From positions 35,154,001 to 35,218,000 of the forward strand of contig OZ024744.1 of the NCBI GenBank assembly GCA_964016885.1: a stretch of 64,000 nucleotides of DNA. The letters are read 5' to 3'. A program made the translations under genes and the position numbers. This document shows, in pieces, positions 1 to 13,799 of this stretch; within the stretch, counting starts at the first letter, position 1, and every line of letters begins with the position of its first letter. A model generated the notes under the pieces. The model saw nothing but the letters and a program-made list of their open reading frames with translations, was not told the DNA's origin and did not search any database. This DNA is from Eledone cirrhosa. Taxonomy: Eukaryota.

Positions 1-1259
1 TGTGCATATGCAGGCATGTAATACAGCAAAGAAAATGTGTGCATGCAGTCATATATACAATGATAGAAGAAAAAAATGAATTTTCATATTATACAGTTTA
101 AAAGAAATAAATGTTCAAACATTGCCTGTAAAAAAAGAAAGAAAGAATTGTTTTTTAACAAAAAGTTCACTTTTTCTTTTCTTTTGGGATAAGAATGTTA
201 TCGCTCTTACTAGGAAGCTAGTAGAGTTGTTGTTGTTGCTGCTATCGAAGCGAAGTCACAGTAAATCTTCAGTAGAATCGAAGGCGAACGTTGAAGAGCT
301 TAGAGTCAACAATATGCAAGTCACATCTGACGCCATAGTGTGGTGAGAAAAGCTGTGAGTTCGAATCATGTGGGACGTTAGAAACATCGATGAATCGTGA
401 AGTTTTGCACAGCAGTGAAGATTTGCAAGCGTTGAATTCACAATGCGTTGTTTATGGTTAGTGGTTAACCAATGTTGTCGCTGCTGCTGCTGTTGTTGGT
501 ATTGCTATCCGTTGTGGTGGTGGTTGCGGCGGTATAACTACAAAGGTGTCACTATATTGCGTCAGTTGCTGCTGATGGTATTTGTAGAGGAGTACTTGGT
601 GATAGCCATTTTGAAAATATTCTACTCGTGTTGAAATTTTTTGAAATACTGCTAATTTTTTTTTTTTCTTTGAAAGGAATATTTCGTACTTAAATATTCC
701 TCCGTCGGGGGTCACCATTTTAGCAGAAAATAATATTATGCCTACATGGCATAATATTAATAAGAAAGAATATATGTTATTGTTGTTAGAGATTATGAAG
801 CACGTGGTGAAGTGTTTAGTAATGAATGGAAAAATCAAGGCGAAGTCACTGTAAATATTCCGTAGAATGGAAGTTTGGTGAATAATTTGAAAAAGTGAAG
901 TTTTATCATGTCGTAGAAAAAAGGTTGCGTGTTGTTTCCTTTTTTTTTTTTTTAAATCACGTCGGGGTTACCAATTTAACGAGGGGTATTTTTAGTGGTT
1001 ATTATGATGATAACATGGTTGCTATTTGTTATAGTGAGAAATGTAAGGTTTGTTAAGTGAGAGACAGGCAAAGTTAACTATAAGGTGAATGTTTGTTGAA
1101 AAGGTTGTAGTTCATTGTAGGCTTTGTAGAAAAATAATATTATGAGACTATAATATTTTACAAGCTTTATTTACAACCGACCACAAAAGTTAAGCTGGGT
1201 TGACAAGTCAAAGAAGAGAACAAATGAAATTAAGAATTTTTAAGAAGTAAAGAAAAGGC

Positions 1260-1530
1260 GCTGTGCCAGGCCAAAGGTGGCCGACAGGCCAAAGTGAAAA
1301 TCTCACCGTTACATTATTGCGTGTTCACCCTTCAGAGTCCAAAGCAGCAAGAGAGAGATTTTTGAATCGTCGCGGGAATTTTTCCCTCTGGGTGGAAGTC
1401 GAGACACATTCTCCTACGCTGATAGCGATTGGCTGAACTGAGCCAAACAACGTACGGAGAATGTATCCATGAGCCCTCGGAATGCAGGTCACTACAAATG
1501 CTTTGATAACATTATAAATAGCTCGCGATT
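1260..1530. promoter_or_regulatory. CpG-richer putative promoter / first-exon region, possibly of a divergent minus-strand gene
   Basis: Local excess of CpG over flanks. Reverse CCAAT box (GATTGGCTG ~1427), CTCGCGA motif ~1522, ACTACA ~1491, and a minus-strand donor-like AACG|GTGAGA at 1307/1306. No transcript evidence. Confidence 0.35.
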
Positions 1531-1644
1531 CATTCAGAAAGATATATTCTTTTAATGTTACAATATTAAAGAAAATGTAAAAGAAGGGCTGAACAACCGA
1601 GCCAACACCAGAGCAAAAGACAGCAGCGAGGGGTACTGGGCAAC

Positions 1645-2075
1645 CTTTCTAATGATTTTTGAGGCAAGCCAGCACACTCGCAGCGTTGCCTCGGGTGATG
1701 GCGAGGCTAGTGCGTTGAAACAACCAAGCGCCCTCGCGAGATTCGCCAGTTACCTCTATTAGGCGAGCTGCCAGTGAAGAGGGGAACCTCGCAGTCAGCG
1801 GCCCGACTCCCCCAAAAGTCTCGAAAACCACAGGCTGAAAAATGTAGCTGGCCGATAGATCAGAGTATTTGATGGTCTTACTCCGCTCGGCTGCGGAAGC
1901 TGTGGCTCTCGTCCTAACCGCAACATCCAGGATGTGGGAAAGAGCAAAAGAGTCACTAACAGTGACATCCCAGACAAGGCACCTGCCTCTAGGCCAGGAG
2001 CACAGGGTTTTTTGCCGTCACTTCTGGACAACCCAGATGGTTCCATTCGTCCGGGCTCTCTTCAGAAAATAGTTA
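1645..2075 (-). mobile_element. CRE-like non-LTR retrotransposon 3' fragment (restriction-like endonuclease domain), frameshifted
   Basis: EPSGLSRSDGKK..PW..GR.L.WDVT and VFETFGGVG...REGAWLFQRTSLAITRGNAASVL motifs across ORFs 1795..2046 and 1649..1831. Confidence 0.75.
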
Positions 2076-2148
2076 TTTGTGGTAATGTAGAAAATAAATA
2101 CAAAGTATAAATTAATAGAAACAGATTTCACTCCAGGAAAGAAGATAC

Positions 2149-2331
2149 ATTTATAGAAAAGCGCCCGGTGGGGTTCGCTAAGAAAACTTTTAAAGGTTTT
2201 TACGCATTTTCAACTAATTTGACCTCCGACATGCTATCAATCGACTTCGGGGCCAAAATTAATTGAAAACACACGAACAACAAAATAAAATAAAATTCAT
2301 AGCGAACCCCAGCGGATGCTTTTCTATAAAT
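2149..2331. mobile_element. MITE-like element with 32-bp terminal inverted repeats
   Basis: 2149-2180 ATTTATAGAAAAGCGCCCGGTGGGGTTCGCTA is nearly the reverse complement of 2300-2331. Confidence 0.6.
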
Positions 2332-3559
2332 TTACCGGAAAAACAAACCAAAGGAAATATATTTTCTACTTATCACTTGTATCCACCGTGACCAGACAGT
2401 GGCAAAAAAAAAAAAAAAAAAAATGTTTTAGATCGTTAAAAAAATGTTTTATTTAAACGTTACAAAATTGTTAGTTCAGACTAAATGCTGATTATGGAAA
2501 AGGAAGCATAATTTTTTTTAAAAGTGGAAGAGGGTTTAATTTTAATGAACTAAATGGCAGCAGACAATCGGGTTAACTATGGAGTTTTGTAAAGACACTC
2601 AGCTCAAGAATACATAAAAAAAAAGACTTCGTGTATCTGTATAAACATTGTGTCTATAAATGTACATAAATAAATACACGATATGACGAGTTAACTAATA
2701 CGTATTTTCATTATGAAAGTGTAAAGATTATCATTGAATAAAGAAAATGCTACGAAAGCAGGCGTCGTCAGAACGTGGGACAATCAATTTGCATGTATTT
2801 GTTACGGCTTTTTACGTTCTGAGTTCAAATCCCATCGAGGTTAAGTTGGCCCTTCATCCTTTTGGGAATCGACTTTCCCTAAACATGACAACACTAATGA
2901 GATTTTTAGTTGAAGTATATTTTTAATAAACGTTTAATAAAGTATATTTTTAATAAACTTTTTATTAAAAGTGTGACATTTTTTTTTTTTTACATAACCA
3001 TTTTTTATAGTGCCATTATTACATAAGTTCATCCCGGTTCACCTAACTGTAAATAGGTACAATAGACTAAGTCTATTTCTAGCATAGTATAATTAAAGTA
3101 CATTTTATTAGTCTATAGTGCCAAGTTAAAGTCATTCTATGAATGCAATCTAGTAAGCTGACTTAATCATTGTTTAGTCTATTTTCCTTGCTTGCATGGG
3201 TTAGATGGGTTGTCACATTCTAAGGCTAGACAGATCATCTGCCCATACGTTCTATTTTTGGTTTGGTTTCTATGGCAGGATGTCCTTCCTGATGCCAATC
3301 ACTTTACAGCATGTACTGGGAGCATTTATTTTATTGTGGCACCATCATGACCACCTTGCAGGATTGACTGGATGTTCTTTATTGTACCACCAGCCCCCGT
3401 ACAGGGTGGACTGAGGGCTTTCAGAGTGGGCGGGATGCTTTTCATCATGGTGCCAACATTTCCATTTTACAGGGTGAACTAGGTGCTTTTTATCATGACA
3501 GCATCTTATGACTTGTCTTATATATCTATAACCCTCAATTCTGGGTCTAGCCAGATTGC

Positions 3560-3890
3560 TTAGGGTTGGTGGGCAGTGGGTTGTTGGTATTAACTGTTGT
3601 CCTTTAGCTGGAAGTAGATATCTTATATGGGGCACCACTGTCAGTGGGGTCACTGCATCTATAGTCAAATGTAATAAACAACTGAAACATTGGAAATTAT
3701 AACTAAACAACATTTTTCAACCTGTAGCATTCAGGACTTTCAAGGAAGCTGAGCTGCTGAGATTTTTGTCATTCTTGATGACTCGTGTTAATAAAGTATC
3801 AGGTGATGCTTGGCTATTCCAGCACCTTTGCCCCACTTTCACTCATGGCAATGCCATGAGCACTTTGATTTGCCTCAAAATGTTTTAAAG
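3560..3890 (+). mobile_element. Highly decayed CRE-like retrotransposon 3' fragment
   Basis: Nucleotide similarity to 62500-62850 (tttttcaacctgtagcattc...tcaggtgatgc...ctattccagcacc...ggcaatgc...ttgcct). Confidence 0.5.
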
Positions 3891-4454
3891 GGTAACATCA
3901 GCATTTCCTATTGTAGTGTATACTTGATAGCCACATCTTCTCTTGTATTTTTTTGTGTAATTCTTTCTTCTCTGATGAATTTTTATTGATTTCTTTTTTA
4001 GTTTTTGTAAAGTCATATTCATTATATACTTTGTATTTATATGTTTAAAAGTCTATTGAAGCCCACACTCGTCAGGCCTAAGATTATTCTAGTTTAAGTG
4101 ACTGAGGGTATGAGACTCACCCCTGGACAGGACACTAGTCCAATGCAGAGTTAAACTCCAACTGCTGCTGCTACTGCTGGTGTTAATTTTCAAGTGAATC
4201 GACTGAAACAATGTGAAATGAAGTGTTTTACTCAAGAACACAATGTGCAACCCAGTTCAGGAATTGAACCTGTGTCATTATAGTCATAAGTCCAATGTCT
4301 TAACCACTTTAACAAAATCTATAATTTGCATTTATAACCTACACAGACAAACCTTTTCATATAATATCCACTAAAATATAGTAATTCATGGAAATAAGCA
4401 AATAAGCACAAACCAAAACCACTGCCATTCCTTATTATCAGGGCCTCTGAGAGT

Positions 4455-4770
4455 GGTGGATTGGCAGTATCGGTAGAGCATTGGCTAACATGTTTGCAGC
4501 ATGTACTTACGTCCTTTTAAGTTTTGAATTCAAATCCTGCGGAAGTTATCTTTACCTTTCAACCTTACAGGGCCAATAAAATAAAGCACCAGTAACACAC
4601 TAGAGTTGAGCATGACAATCTCATTAGCATTATGACATGATAAAATTGTGATCTGAGTTCAAATCCCGCCGAGGTTGACTTTGCCTTTCATCCTTACGGG
4701 GTCGATAAAATAAAGTACCAGTAATGCACTGGGTAATTGCTGGCCTTGTGCCTAAAGTAGAAACAATTAT
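4455..4770 (+). mobile_element. tRNA-derived SINE family A, two adjacent copies or fragments
   Basis: A box (TGGATTGGCAGTATCGG), B box (GTTCAAATCC) and tail gcctttcatccttacggggtcgataaaataaagtaccag. Further copies near 2810, 18677, 20550, 29013 and 37794(-). Confidence 0.75.
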
Positions 4771-5504
4771 GACATGATAAAATGCACCAAGTGTATTCTA
4801 TAAAGTGTTTGGGAATAGGAAGGACATCAAGGGGTAAAAAGCTTGCCACATAAAGGCAGAGAGGACTCTTCAGTTGTGTCAAAGATATGACAACCTCATT
4901 AGTGCTGGTGTCATGATAAAATGCATGGTGCACACAGTAGAATGCAGGAACATATGTAAATGAGATGAGGTCCCGGCAATGATCATTCAAACCTTACTGG
5001 CAGTGAAAATGGATAGTAAATGATGTTGATGATGATGATGACACACCTCATATCAACATACTTATATATAATCAATAAAACCTAATGCACCCAGTATGCT
5101 CTGTAAAATGTTTGGCAATCAAAGATAATACAGGGTACAGAGAACTCTTCAGTCAGGCCTAGTGCATGACAACCTCTCTGGTATTGGTGACATGAAAAAA
5201 TGTACTCAGTACATTCTGTAAAGTGATTGCCATTAGGAAGGGCATCCAATCATAGACACCATGCTGAAATATGGGGTGTATGAACACAACATTATTATCT
5301 GCTCATGTTTTGTCCAGGACCATGACAGCCCATCCAATCCATGTCAGCAGGGAAAACATACATAAAATAACAATGACACTGGTGGGTAGTGTTGGTGATG
5401 GTGAGGATGGTTATCGTGTGATAGTGGTGTTAGTGATGATGATAATGGTGTTGGTGATAACTTGAATATCAATGTCATGAAATTGTTGTCATTATTATTA
5501 ATGT

Positions 5505-5870
5505 GACAGCAGGTGTTTGGCATAAACTCAGAAGTCAGCGATGCTCAGTCACTGGATGAGTGCATGCATGACAGTTTCATTGCCCTGCGGGCATCACGGA
5601 CCAGCCCAGCTGACAGCACCTCCATGCCTGTAGAGCTTATCTCGAACTGGCAACACTCACCAGTAGCACTGCCAGGCCAGGAATTTCTGGAAGGGCTTTG
5701 GACCAAAAGTCCTGCGGAAGAGAATGGATTTTTGTCGACACCCAGAGTTTCCCCAAGAACATCATTAATTTTACTCATCTCTAACCCTCTATAGAATGCC
5801 AAGGTGGAGTTTCCACCAATTGTAGTGCCTGATTGGCTGAGGTCTATGAGTGCTTTAGACATTCTAGCTT
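5505..5870 (-). mobile_element. Tx1/L1-type LINE ORF2 fragment (zf-RVT region)
   Basis: STLAFYRGL..K.NDVLGETLGVD and SLAWQCY...PVRDKLYRHG match the copy at 41570-43335. Confidence 0.7.
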
Positions 5871-6560
5871 CCTGATTAACTTCTTCAAGTTTTACTTAAA
5901 GAGGAAGATTGGGGAGGGGGGAAGTTCTGCCTTCCAACTAGATTGTTAAAGGTGGGTGAAAAAGGTGAGCATGGCCTGAGCGAATGGGCCTGCTCTGAGC
6001 ATGTGCCTATTGATCGAAGAAGGAGACCTGGGAGAAGACTTGCCCTGGTGGTCAGGGTGACTGATTTTTTGTGGGCTTTCTCCACGGGTTGCCTTGGAAG
6101 TCTCTCCCCTATTAAAGAATTTTCTTTTGTTCTATTTTTTTTTACATCTTTTGTTTTTGTTTTATGTTTGTTTTTACACACAGAAACCCACATTTCCCCA
6201 TCCTGTGCTGTCCTTAATGTATTATTTTGTAAAACTTTCGTATTTAATGAAGAAAACGTTATTATTATTTTATTGCACAACATTATTGCTTTACTGAACA
6301 CAGCTCTGAGCACCTTGGGTATGAGCAGTGTAGTTTATAGTGGTTTCTATTGTATTGATAGTACTTTTCATAATATGTGTGCAGTGCCTTATAGTGCTAT
6401 CTTTTGTATGTTGTATATATTGGTAAGTTCTGGAGTTTTGGCTATGTCTTTGTCTGTGTGTTTTTTCATCAATCCCAGAGTACCTATTATTATAGGAATT
6501 GTTATCATTATTATTATTATCACTTTCTTTTTCTTTTTTATTATCTAGAAACTGGAAATA

Positions 6561-6858
6561 ATGCATCTAAAATTAATTTCATCTCTCCTGGTGATTAGCC
6601 TGTGGGCATGTGCACCTGCACAATCCACATACAATGCAGTGTTGGACAGAATTATGCGTCTAGCAGAATTCAGAGATATAGAAGGGAACCCGACATCATA
6701 TGTTGATGACGACCGTTCAACTATCAGGAAGAACTGGTTAAATTCTCCGTCAGATTCAAATCTAGATTTAAGTTACCGTGATTTCCTTGGTGCAACCAAC
6801 CAGCGTGATGAGGAATACCTCCCTGAAAATACCCTATGGGGTTATCAGTTTATTTCAG
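6561..6858 (+). CDS. SCG5: Neuroendocrine protein 7B2, coding exon 1 (signal peptide and N-terminal domain)
   Basis: Polypyrimidine tract and AG acceptor ending at 6548, ATG at 6561, hydrophobic MHLKLISSLLVISLWACAPA, 7B2-type RDEEYLPENTLWGYQFISG, donor CAG|GTAAGA at 6858/6859 (phase 1). Confidence 0.93.
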
Positions 6859-8029
6859 GTAAGAAGAATTCAATCACTTATAGCAAACTAAATAAATGTT
6901 GGTTTCTAATTTATGTACAAAACCAGCAGTTTTAAGGTGAGGCATAATAATTACCATATTTCTTATGAAATTTTCATATAATTTTGAAAATATACAAGGA
7001 TTTAATCATACTAAAATTTTTTTTCAACGCACTCACACGTATGTGTGTGTGTGTATGTATAAGTATATAAATACATTTATATGTATAAGTATATAAATAC
7101 ATTTATATGTATAAGTATATAAATATAAACGCACAAACACAGACACACTTACAAAAATACACACTCACAGACATAGATTCACACAAATACACATACATTC
7201 ACACAAACACACACATATATTCACATACACACATACATTTACACAAACACACACATACATTCACACACAGCATAGCAAATGGAACACCAACCGCTGTTTT
7301 GCTATAATTTTTTCACCATCCCCCTTCCTACACACACATACATTCACACAAACACACATGTACACATTGTGTGATGGACGGAAATGGCTCAAATTTATAT
7401 AGAGATAACTAATTTTCTCATTACCTGTTTTGATACCAACCTGACCAAAACCAGATCTAGTTATATGAAACAAACCCAAGCATTAAAAAAATCTTTATAT
7501 AACAACCATATGTTAAATTACTTTCTTAGTAATGAACCGATTAATTATTTTAGTAAATTCCACAAAATTCCACATTTATTAATTGAATTAGAGTGTATTT
7601 AATTAGACTTCATGATATAAAACATTTCAATAGTTTCCAATTTCAGTACATGGCCTGCAATTTTAGGGGGAGGAGAAAGTCAATTAAACTGACTTTATTT
7701 TATTGATCTTGGATGGTTGAAAGGCTATGTTGACCACAGCAGGATTTGATTTCAGATTATATAGAACTGGAACAAATACTGCAAAGCATTAGTCCAACTC
7801 CCTAAGGAATCTTGCCAATCCACTTAATAAATAATAAAATAAGATGCCATGCTTGCCAGATGATCCTGTTAAATTGAATACTAATGAATTGCTGGAGCTG
7901 GTGCAGTATTACCCCAGCTTCAGCATTCAGTAATCAGAAGAAGGGAGGTAGGTGTAAAAGCCAAACTCCCTATCTTCAATTTGGTATTCATGCCAATGGT
8001 CATAAATCTTGGATAATGTCTGAAAAATA

Positions 8030-8430
8030 CAATTGTGAAAACAAGTGGCCAAAATGGGATTCCTCTGAAGGTTCTTTGGAGTAACATTACTTGATAGAGT
8101 GCGTAGCTCGGAGATCAGAGAGTCACTCCAGGTTGAGCCACTATTTCTCTGAATTGAGAGATCACAGCTCCGATATTACAATATTACAGACATGTGGATA
8201 GAATGTCTCAGGAAAGAATCGGTGGACAGATTTTACAATCACAACCAACTGGTAGGAGACCCAGGGGCAGATCCAAAGCAAGATGGTTGGATAACATCCA
8301 TGAGCTTGGCTTGTCTTGCTTGGGGATCCAAACAGATCAGTTGGAGATGGTTGCTTCTGAGAGGACCCACTGGAAGGAGTTTCTGAAGACTCTATGCCTG
8401 CAATCCTCTCAGGAATAAGTGGGCTAAGAA
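8030..8430 (+). mobile_element. RTE-clade LINE 3' fragment (Expander/Rex3-like)
   Basis: RSSEIRESLQVEPL..IERSQLR..RMSQER....PTGRRPRGRSKARWLD; related copy at 19255-19770. Confidence 0.7.
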
Positions 8431-10089
8431 GAACAACAAATTTGGTGATGAGAAACATGTTAGTTGTTTTGATATCAAATCACCAGAAACTGGCCATGGT
8501 TCAATGAAGCTTTTAATTTTAAAGTGTTTATATTTATCTAAAGTTTTTCTACCACCATACTTTTGTTAAGTTCCAAATACCACCTTAATATCGAGAACAT
8601 TAATTATATTACTAAATTCTTCAAAATTCTGGGTTATTTACAATTTTTTTTTTTTTTTTTCCAAAATTATTGGCAGTGTCTTTAATAAGAAATATGGTAG
8701 CAAAAGAGTTAATAAAATTTATTTGAAGAATGTTTGATGATGCTAGTAGATGCAGGCATGGCTATGTGGTTGAGGAGTTTACTTTACAACCTCATAATTT
8801 CAAGTTTACTTACACTGTGTAGTATCTTGGGCAGGTGTCTTCTACCAATTCCTTGAGCAAAATTTTTTAGACAGTAAGTGCAGTAACCCTTCACTGAACT
8901 CTCTCTCTCTCTCTCTCTGCCATGTCCAAAATGTTCTGTGACTGGCATAACTAGAATTATGTTTACCTCCTAACTTTCTAAATAATGCATATTTTTAAAA
9001 TGAAATTTTTCAGAGATACATTTTCGGTGATGTGTATGATATTTAAAAGTAAATAAACAAATTGAACTTATTACGCGGATGACAGGAGCGAATATTGCAA
9101 ACCTTTCTAGTCGCCGTTCTAACAATTTTGCTACTTCGCTGTCAGTCTAGGCTGTTAATAGCAGTTATTCTGAAATAGGCTTAGTTGGAATTTGAAACTA
9201 TAACTTTGTCTCGGTTTATTAAGAAGTTCACAATCGTAAACGAAGAACATTTTAGTACACTATATTACATACAATCTTTCTATTAAAAACATTCTTCTCA
9301 TAATTGCCAACAAATAAATTGTTAGCAGTGAGAAGGTGGAGAACGGTGAAACAAAAAAGAAAAAAGAAATTTGATTGCATTAGTCAAGGGTACATAATTT
9401 AAAATATTGGTTGAAATAAAATAATTACTTCCCTTTATTAAACGGGAGGTAATTCAAAATGATATTTTTTTTCTATCGTTGATCAGTGCTTCACGTAGTA
9501 ATATGAAACTTGCTTAGGTACTGATTATCCTGGAAGTATTAGCAACTGGTGATGTTGATGTTGCTATTACTATTACTATAGCTGTTTGTGATGCTAATGA
9601 TGATAGAGATGTATCAAGAATGGTGGTTTCTCTATGTGCTAGCCATCCGTCGGGTCTGACGTCGAACGAATAGTTGAGTTGTTTGAGCAATGCAACAGCC
9701 AGCTCGTGAAATTAGCGTGCATGTAACTGAGTATTTCACATATACTGGCACCTTTAACGTAGATCTCAGAGAGATTCAGTTTTACACAATGCAAAGGCCC
9801 TAGAAATTTATTTGTGCCCTTTGCTAGGCTTTTTAGTTTTATTCCTTTGACAACAATTACTATATTTTTAACAAAATGTATTTTATGTCCTTACTGTGAT
9901 AATCAGAACAAGTGAAAAAAAGTTAGAGCTATCAAATGATGTGTCCTTAAAGAACTGAGCATCCCTGTAATATTTGGTGTTCTCATATAGTTACATAATC
10001 AAAGTGAGACTTATGTATGTTTGTTATACATAAACATATTGTCCACTTCGATACACCTCTATTTTTACAATTATGTATACTTCCGTGTT

Positions 10090-10435
10090 AGATTTATATA
10101 TAATGGTCAGAATATTTGCACATTTGATGTGCAATATTAGTGTATGTGAATGACAGATCACAAGAGAGCTGAGAGAAAATTTTAGTTGAATATACTGTAC
10201 AGGAATAATGATTGCACTGATATGGACATATGATACAAAAGGAGAGCAAGAGTTGTATAAAAAAAAAGCGCCAAATGCTTGAAGTGGAAGATCAAGGAAA
10301 ACATGGGAGGAAGTTGTAAAGAACGACATCAAGAAACTGAACCCAACAAAATAAATGACACAGGACAGAGCTGATTGATGATATGACATAATATAAAAGA
10401 TATGCCCAACAGTACAAGAAGTGAGACACTAAAAT
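10090..10435 (+). mobile_element. Decayed RTE LINE 3' fragment
   Basis: gatgtgcaatattagtgtatgtgaa...gagctgagagaaaa...ggaagatcaaggaaaacatggg resembles other RTE 3' ends in the window. Confidence 0.5.
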
Positions 10436-11964
10436 TGAGAGTAGTGAGAGATCGGAGACTACAGTGTTTGGAAATCGAATGGAGACAATATAGTGTTTAA
10501 GGGATCACTTTAGTCTGGCCAGGCGTGTGATGACCTCTTTAGTAGTAGTGCCACAATAAAATACACTCAGTATATCCTGTAAATTGTTAGTGTTGGTGCC
10601 TTGATAGAATATACATAGTCAACTGTGTAAGGTGGTTGTGCTGGTATCGCAGAATCAATAAACATTCTAAAGTGGTTATGTTAGGAAGGGCACCCAGCCA
10701 CAGAAACCATGCCAAATATCTACTGTTTAAGCAATATGAAGTTGCTCTGATATGGTCCCAGACTGTGGCAACCCATCCAACACATGCCAGTGTGGAAAGT
10801 GGACGTAAAATGAGGATGGTTAGATTTTTTGGATTTAATACCTGTATGTATAACTTTTCGATTCCAGTTACTTGTGCCAGTCAATATTGATATGTAAAAT
10901 TAGGGGTTTGCATGTATTTGAAATTTGTTGTTGTATGAGGGGGCCCTCCAAACCTGAAGTGTCCCAGGCCGTCAAGGTCTAGATCCAGCCTTGTACCCAT
11001 ATCTCTGCATGTTGTAAGAGACAACTACAAGGGTTAACACCAGGAAGGGCATCCAGCCATAATAGCTTGAAAAAGGACTTTATGAGGGCCTGTATGGCTA
11101 ACCCATACTCTAGCCAGAAAAATGGCCTTAAAGCACTTAGCTCTCTCTATCACACCCTAGTAGCTACTCTCTACCCTCTGTGCATCCTGTGATGAGATGT
11201 TGATTTCGATTGACAAGTATTCTTTGATTTTTGTATGTGTGTGCGATGTCGGAAGGGCCTTCAAGAGAAACTTTTCAAGGCGGTACATGACTCCTTTGAA
11301 GAAGGGAGTTTCTCAAAATGGATGTTGCATGGTTACTGTGAGGCCTTCTTAGCTCTTGGGCCCTGGAACAAAGTACCGACTGGAGCCTCGTCTCATAAGC
11401 CATGGGGGTGGGAATGTTGTGGTGGTGATGGTGATGTTATTGTTAGTGGTGGTGGTGTTGGTGTTAAGTGATGGGAACTTATCTCTTGTCTGTTATTTAC
11501 ATGGGAAAAATAGGAGCTGAACATTGGTCGTGACATATTTTTATTATTTTTTCTATTACTATATGTGAACAAATTTATCAATCATTGTGATTAAAGAAAC
11601 AAATTACGTCAAGGGTTTACAAACTGCAAACTTCCTTAACTACCAGAAGTGTATGCCATTCCCACTTTTTTAGTTTAGTAGGGAAGTCAATTCAGTCAAC
11701 AGTGAATAATATAGGTAATACATATTTCATATAAACATTTTCGTTTTCATGAGGGATGGGGGTTCAGAACCAACTTTTATGTTAGAATAAAAAAAAAACA
11801 GAAAAAGAAAAATATGGAAAATATTTACTTTTTATGTTTTATTTTATTGGATGTGAAGTTTATGTACTGGAATACAAAACAGATGGGCTTGATTTCAGAT
11901 ATTACTATCATAGATAATTGGTTTTACTCAACTAACATATTGAGCAGGAAAGAATTCCACAGAG

Positions 11965-12120
11965 AAGTAGTAGTAGCAGTAGCAGTAGCAGCAATAGTAG
12001 TAGTAGCAGCAGCAGCAGTAGTAGTAGTAGTAGCAGCAGCAGTAGTAGTAGCAGCAGCAGCAGTAGTAGCAGTAGTAATAGCAGCAGCAGTAGTAGTAGT
12101 AGTAGTAGTAGTAGTCGTCA
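11965..12120. repeat. Compound (GTA)/(GCA) trinucleotide microsatellite
   Basis: Read directly; explains the poly-Val/Ala and poly-Thr/Ala ORFs. Confidence 0.95.
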
Positions 12121-13799
12121 TCGTCGGAATAAAGACTTGCAAACGAAGCTTGGTATTAGCTAGATGTTCTTCTTAACGCCTACCAATTTACAGAATAAAT
12201 TTTATCACTGTACCAGCACTAAGAAGGTTGTCCTATCCTTGACAAAACTGAAGAGCCATCACAACCCCTTTTTTGCATGATTTATATGGCTGGATGCCTT
12301 TCCTGACACTACAACCCCTTTACAGAGTGTACTGGATGTATTTTATTATGACACCAACATTAGGAAGGTTGTCATGTCCTTTAAACAACTTAAGAGTTGT
12401 GTCAGCCCTTTCTATAGAAAGGTTTCTATGGCCGGATGCCCTTCCCAATATCAATCACTTTATAGTGTGTTGTAGCTGTATTTAATATGTTGAAATAGCT
12501 TTAGCATGGTACAAGTATGGCCGAGTAGTTAAGGAGTTTGCTTCACAACCATGTGTTTTCAGGTTTACTCCCTTTGTGTGAAACCTTGTGCAAGTGTTTT
12601 CTACAATAGCCTTGGGTTGACTAATGCCTTATCGATGAAATTTGGTTGATGAAAACTGTAGGAGCTTGTCTTATGAATATGTGTCCCCCTCTCTTCCACT
12701 AACACCTCCCAGCAGCTATCCTTACCATCACTGAACTCCCTTCTTTAAAGACCTTAGATACCTTCACTATTGTACCCTAGTAGCTATTCTTTCTATCCTC
12801 TTGTGCACCCCTGCCACTATAACCCCTTAGCTATTTCTCTATTACTACACCCCAACACACTATTGACCCCCTACTACATCCCCTCTTCCCATATCTATCT
12901 CTCACCCATTCCCCTTACTCATCACCCTGCCAAATCACTATATTCACCATACACCAATAACTTCATACCTACCTCCCTTCTACAAACCCACATAGCAGAG
13001 AGGGCTCTTCATTTGGGACTATATAAGCAACAATCTCTCTAGTGATGGACCCATGAAAATGCACCCTGTACACCATGTAAGGTGGTTGACAACATGAAGA
13101 GCACCCTGCTGTAGAAACCATGTCTAAAAGGGTTAAGAGGACCCTTCAGTTGTGCCAATGACACAACCTCTCTATAGTTGATGATCTTTATGATAAATGC
13201 ACCCAGTACATGTAAAGTGGTTGGTGATAGGAAGGGCATACAGTTGTAGAAAATTTGCCAAACAAAGGGTTGGGAGGACATTCCAGTTGTGTCAAAGACA
13301 TGACAACCTCTCTAGTGTTAGTGATGGTGCCATGATAAAATCACTTGGTAGAACATGAAACTGTATGTAAGTGAGATGACTGGGAGGCCAGTAGCCCTGC
13401 TTCTGTATAGACTTGGTCTATGAAAACCTGTCTAACCCTTGCTAACAAGGAAAGTAGGATGTCAAATGATGATGATGTCTGCATGTATGTCTCAGTCCAT
13501 TTCTGTGTTTACCAGGCCTATCCAACCCTTGCTAACAAGGAAAGTGGATGTCAAATGATGATGATGTATGAATGTGTCTGAGTATGTGTCTGTGATTACA
13601 TTTGTGTCTGTCTCTGTTCAACAAAATATTACCAGACTTAAAAGATATGAGTACTTGGGTTGACATGATAGACTAAATACCTTCAAAGAAGTGCTCCAGC
13701 ACGGCTGCTATCAAATGACTGAAACCAATAGAAAAATATAATGATTGCGAATGTGTGTGTGGTGGTGGGGGTAGTGGGGTGTGTTGAACGGTCAATAGA

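Noticed and set aside
458-838. 126-aa Q/P/A-rich minus-strand ORF as a coding exon
   Set aside because: Crosses a poly-A run, has a non-ATG start and no recognisable domain, and the other frames contain stops
6859-6935. C-terminal part of ORF 6561..6935
   Set aside because: Read-through into intron 1 past the GTAAGA donor; 7B2 homology continues at 20167
8920-9950. Kolobok-like DNA transposon ending GATGTGTCCTTAA
   Set aside because: Only one plausible terminus was seen, with no matching inverted end or coding remnant
11814-12176. Hydrophobic poly-Val/Ala membrane protein ORF
   Set aside because: Trinucleotide microsatellite translation; the same applies to the YI/HT/CV-repeat ORFs and the Phe-rich ORFs at 44643-45211
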